This document shows, in pieces, positions 61,451 to 64,000 of a stretch of 64,000 nt of DNA (its first letter is position 1; every line of letters begins with the position of its first letter). The stretch is from the human T2T-CHM13v2.0 reference genome, Homo sapiens. Made by a program: the position numbers and the translations under genes. The notes beneath the pieces were generated by a model. The model searched no databases. It was not told the origin of the DNA and was given only the letters and a program-made list of their open reading frames with translations. The stretch lies in NCBI RefSeq assembly GCF_009914755.1, contig NC_060930.1. The stretch is one strand, 5' to 3'.

Positions 61451-62084
61451 ACAGAGTTGATTACACTACCCAAATGAGAGCAGGAGTTCTCAAACGCAGG
61501 AAACATCCAAGCCTGACACTTGTATTCTAAGACACATCTTTTGACTTTTGTAATAAAAATATAAAATCTGAATCAAAGTGCTACAATTTATCTTCTAAAA
61601 TTTCTAAAATCACATAGCAGTGATATAAAGAAGAATCTTTAATTCTCATATTCAGAGCTTCATAGATACCATATCTGTTTCTCCTACTTATTTGTAGTAG
61701 CTCATAAGCAAGAAGAGATGAGATCTAAAAGTTGCTAATGCTTTTTCAAAGTGTAATCCAAAATACAAGAGGATGCCATTCCCTATACTTAGACCCTCAC
61801 TCACCTTGGGAAATGTCTGAAAATAAAATAATTTTTTTTTCCTTGAATGAAATGGCTCTAAGTTTAGAGACTGATTAAATATAAACTCAGCTGAGGAAAC
61901 AAAAAACACACACACACACACAAAAGAAAAAAATCAACAAAATGTATTATATTTTTAGAAAAATTACAGAACAACTTCTGACAAATTAATAGTGTATTTT
62001 TAAAATCATTATTTCACTACACGAAGAGAGAAACTTGGATCTGGGAAGATCCCATTGAGCCATCAGGAAAACGTATAAAAGAAA

Positions 62085-62868
62085 ATGTGGCCAACAAGCA
62101 TATGAAAAAAGCCTCAATATCACCGATCATTAGAGAAATGCAAATCAAAACCCCAATGAGATACCCTCTTATACCAGTCAGAATGGCTATTACTAAAAAG
62201 TCAAAAAATAGATGCTGGCGAGGTTGCAGAGAAAAGGGAACACTTTTGGTAGGAGTGTAAATTAATTCAATCCTTGTGGAAATCAGTATAGCAATTCCTC
62301 AAAGAGCTAAAAGCAAAACTACCATTTGATCCAGAAATCCTATTACTGGGTATACAGCCAGAGGAATATAAATCATTCTACCATAAAGACACATGCAGGC
62401 AAATGTTCTCTGCAGCAGCATTCACAATGGCAAAGACATGGAATCTACCTGAATGCCCATGAATGACAGATTGGATAAAGAAAATGTGGTACATATATAC
62501 CATGGATTACTATACAGCCATAAAAAAGAGTGAGATCGTGTCTTTTGTGGGAACATGGATGGAGCTGGAGGCCGTTATCCTCAGCAAACTAATGTAGGAA
62601 CGAAAAACTAGATGCTGCATGTTCTTACTTATAAATGGGAACTAAATGACAAGAACTTATGAACACAAAGAAGGAAGCAACAGACACTGGGGCCTACTGA
62701 GGGTGGAGGGTGGGAGGAGGGAGAGGAGCACAGAAGATAACTAGTGGGTACTGGGATTAATTCCTGGGTGATGAAATAATCTGTACAACAACCCCCCGTG
62801 ATACAAGTTTACTTGTGTAACAAACCTTCTCATGTATCCCTGAACCTAAAATAAAAGTTAAAAAAAAA
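62085..62868 (+). mobile_element. Older L1PA (PA13-16-like) 3' fragment
   Basis: ORF2 C-terminal region and 3' UTR GGGTGATGAAATAATCTGTACAAC...AATAAAAGTTAAAA. Confidence 0.88.
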
Positions 62869-63189
62869 CAGGAAAGTGCATTGTACAACATCTAAAGAAG
62901 GCACAGAAAATCGCACATTTTTGCTACAGTTCGGGTACAGTGAATATTAAATGTGGCATTTTCTTAAAGCATAACTATGATGTTAAAATGAATTCCAGGA
63001 TTAGACACTACTACAGAAAATGGTAAGTAGTCAGACTGTTATATTTTCTGTCCTATCTCTGGTCTCCCTCCAACGTTCCACCACAACCATCAGAATGTCA
63101 CTGTTCTCAATCTTAAGATCTGAACTCAAACTTTCTAACAAGGCATTTGTCTCCATGAGCTTCCCAAAGACCGATGCATAAGATGATGG

Positions 63190-63310
63190 GAACTAGATAG
63201 ATACAGAGTTTAAAGACAGCTTCAAACTTCTAATCTTGGGCAAATAACTTCACTTTGGTGGCTAGTAAATAAAGGGGTTAATTAGATAACCTCTGAGTTC
63301 TTATTCACTT
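63190..63310 (+). mobile_element. MIR fragment
   Basis: ATCTTGGGCAAATAACTTCAC...GTAAATAAAGGGG. Confidence 0.55.
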
Positions 63311-64000
63311 TTCAAAATTTATCATTCTACAGTGCATTAGTGGTGGTGACCTTGTAGATGTCGAGATCATGATTTAAAAGGAACTGTTGAATTCCATGTT
63401 AATGCATCATTGCACTTAATTAGGAGGTTTTATACATTTCAAATGAAAGGTTGAGATGAATGTGTTATTTCAACTGAAAAGTTCAATAACACCCAGGTAG
63501 AAAAGGAGGCAAATTCTAAGGTCCACAAATAAGTGATTTATAAACTCAAAAACACATTAACACCAACTTTAATAGAAAATAAGTTCATTCCTTCCCCCTT
63601 AGCTTTTGTTCACTTATCTTTGCTTTTTGTATGCAGATAGAAACCGCTCAAAAAATAAATAAATAAATAAAAGGAACTAAGGAGGATGGGGTGGAAATGG
63701 AAGAAAGGAGTGAGTGAAGGAAAAAGAACACTTTTTCTTAACAGGAAGACAGAGTATGTTAGCTACCCCAACAAGTTTAAAATCCCCCAAATTAGAGTCG
63801 TGTTTTTAGCAAGCTACACTCTTTGTAAAGATGATTAATAAATATTCCACATATAGTTTACCTGAGATGAAACTGTTATTAATTCATTTCAAGGGCATTA
63901 AGCGCTTGCCTGGACCACCACAGATTAAGAAGCAGTAGCCAGGCCGTGGGAACCTGTGGGGAGAGGCATCTGTATGAAATGCTTTTTCATGTCGACAGCC

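Larger units (their letters stand above)
55150..63953 (-). other. Candidate spliced transcript (lncRNA or small-ORF gene): exons 63953-63862, 61890-61805, 58630-58503, 56278-56006, 55527-~55150
   Basis: Each internal exon has a pyrimidine-rich CAG acceptor and an (C/A)AG|GT(A/G)A donor; AATAAA on minus at 55164-55169; motif-only inference. Confidence 0.45.

Overview
Primate genomic DNA, almost certainly human because it contains a near-consensus AluYa5. It is repeat-dense and has no recognisable conserved protein-coding gene; the longer ORFs in the track derive from L1, Alu, LTR or microsatellite sequence. Main elements: a solo LTR12 (ERV9) with 4-bp TSD at the left edge; an old 5'-intact/3'-truncated L1M with a tandem-repeat 5' UTR; a long antisense L1M interrupted by a full-length THE1 provirus (Alu in its 5' LTR) and by an MST LTR carrying the AluYa5; a nested MER91A>L1MB>MST stack; a full-length but dead L1PA6/7; a 5'-truncated L1PA3; 13 near-full-length Alus; and MIR, L2 and MER relics. 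The most interesting non-repeat signal is a chain of five minus-strand exon candidates with strong canonical splice sites (63953 down to ~55150). It would form a ~1 kb spliced transcript with an 86-codon spliced ORF; one exon has a (TG)8T6 acceptor and a nested 12-nt micro-exon. This gene model is inferred from splice motifs read by eye and needs RNA evidence. Repeat subfamily calls are from recalled consensus features, not from a search.
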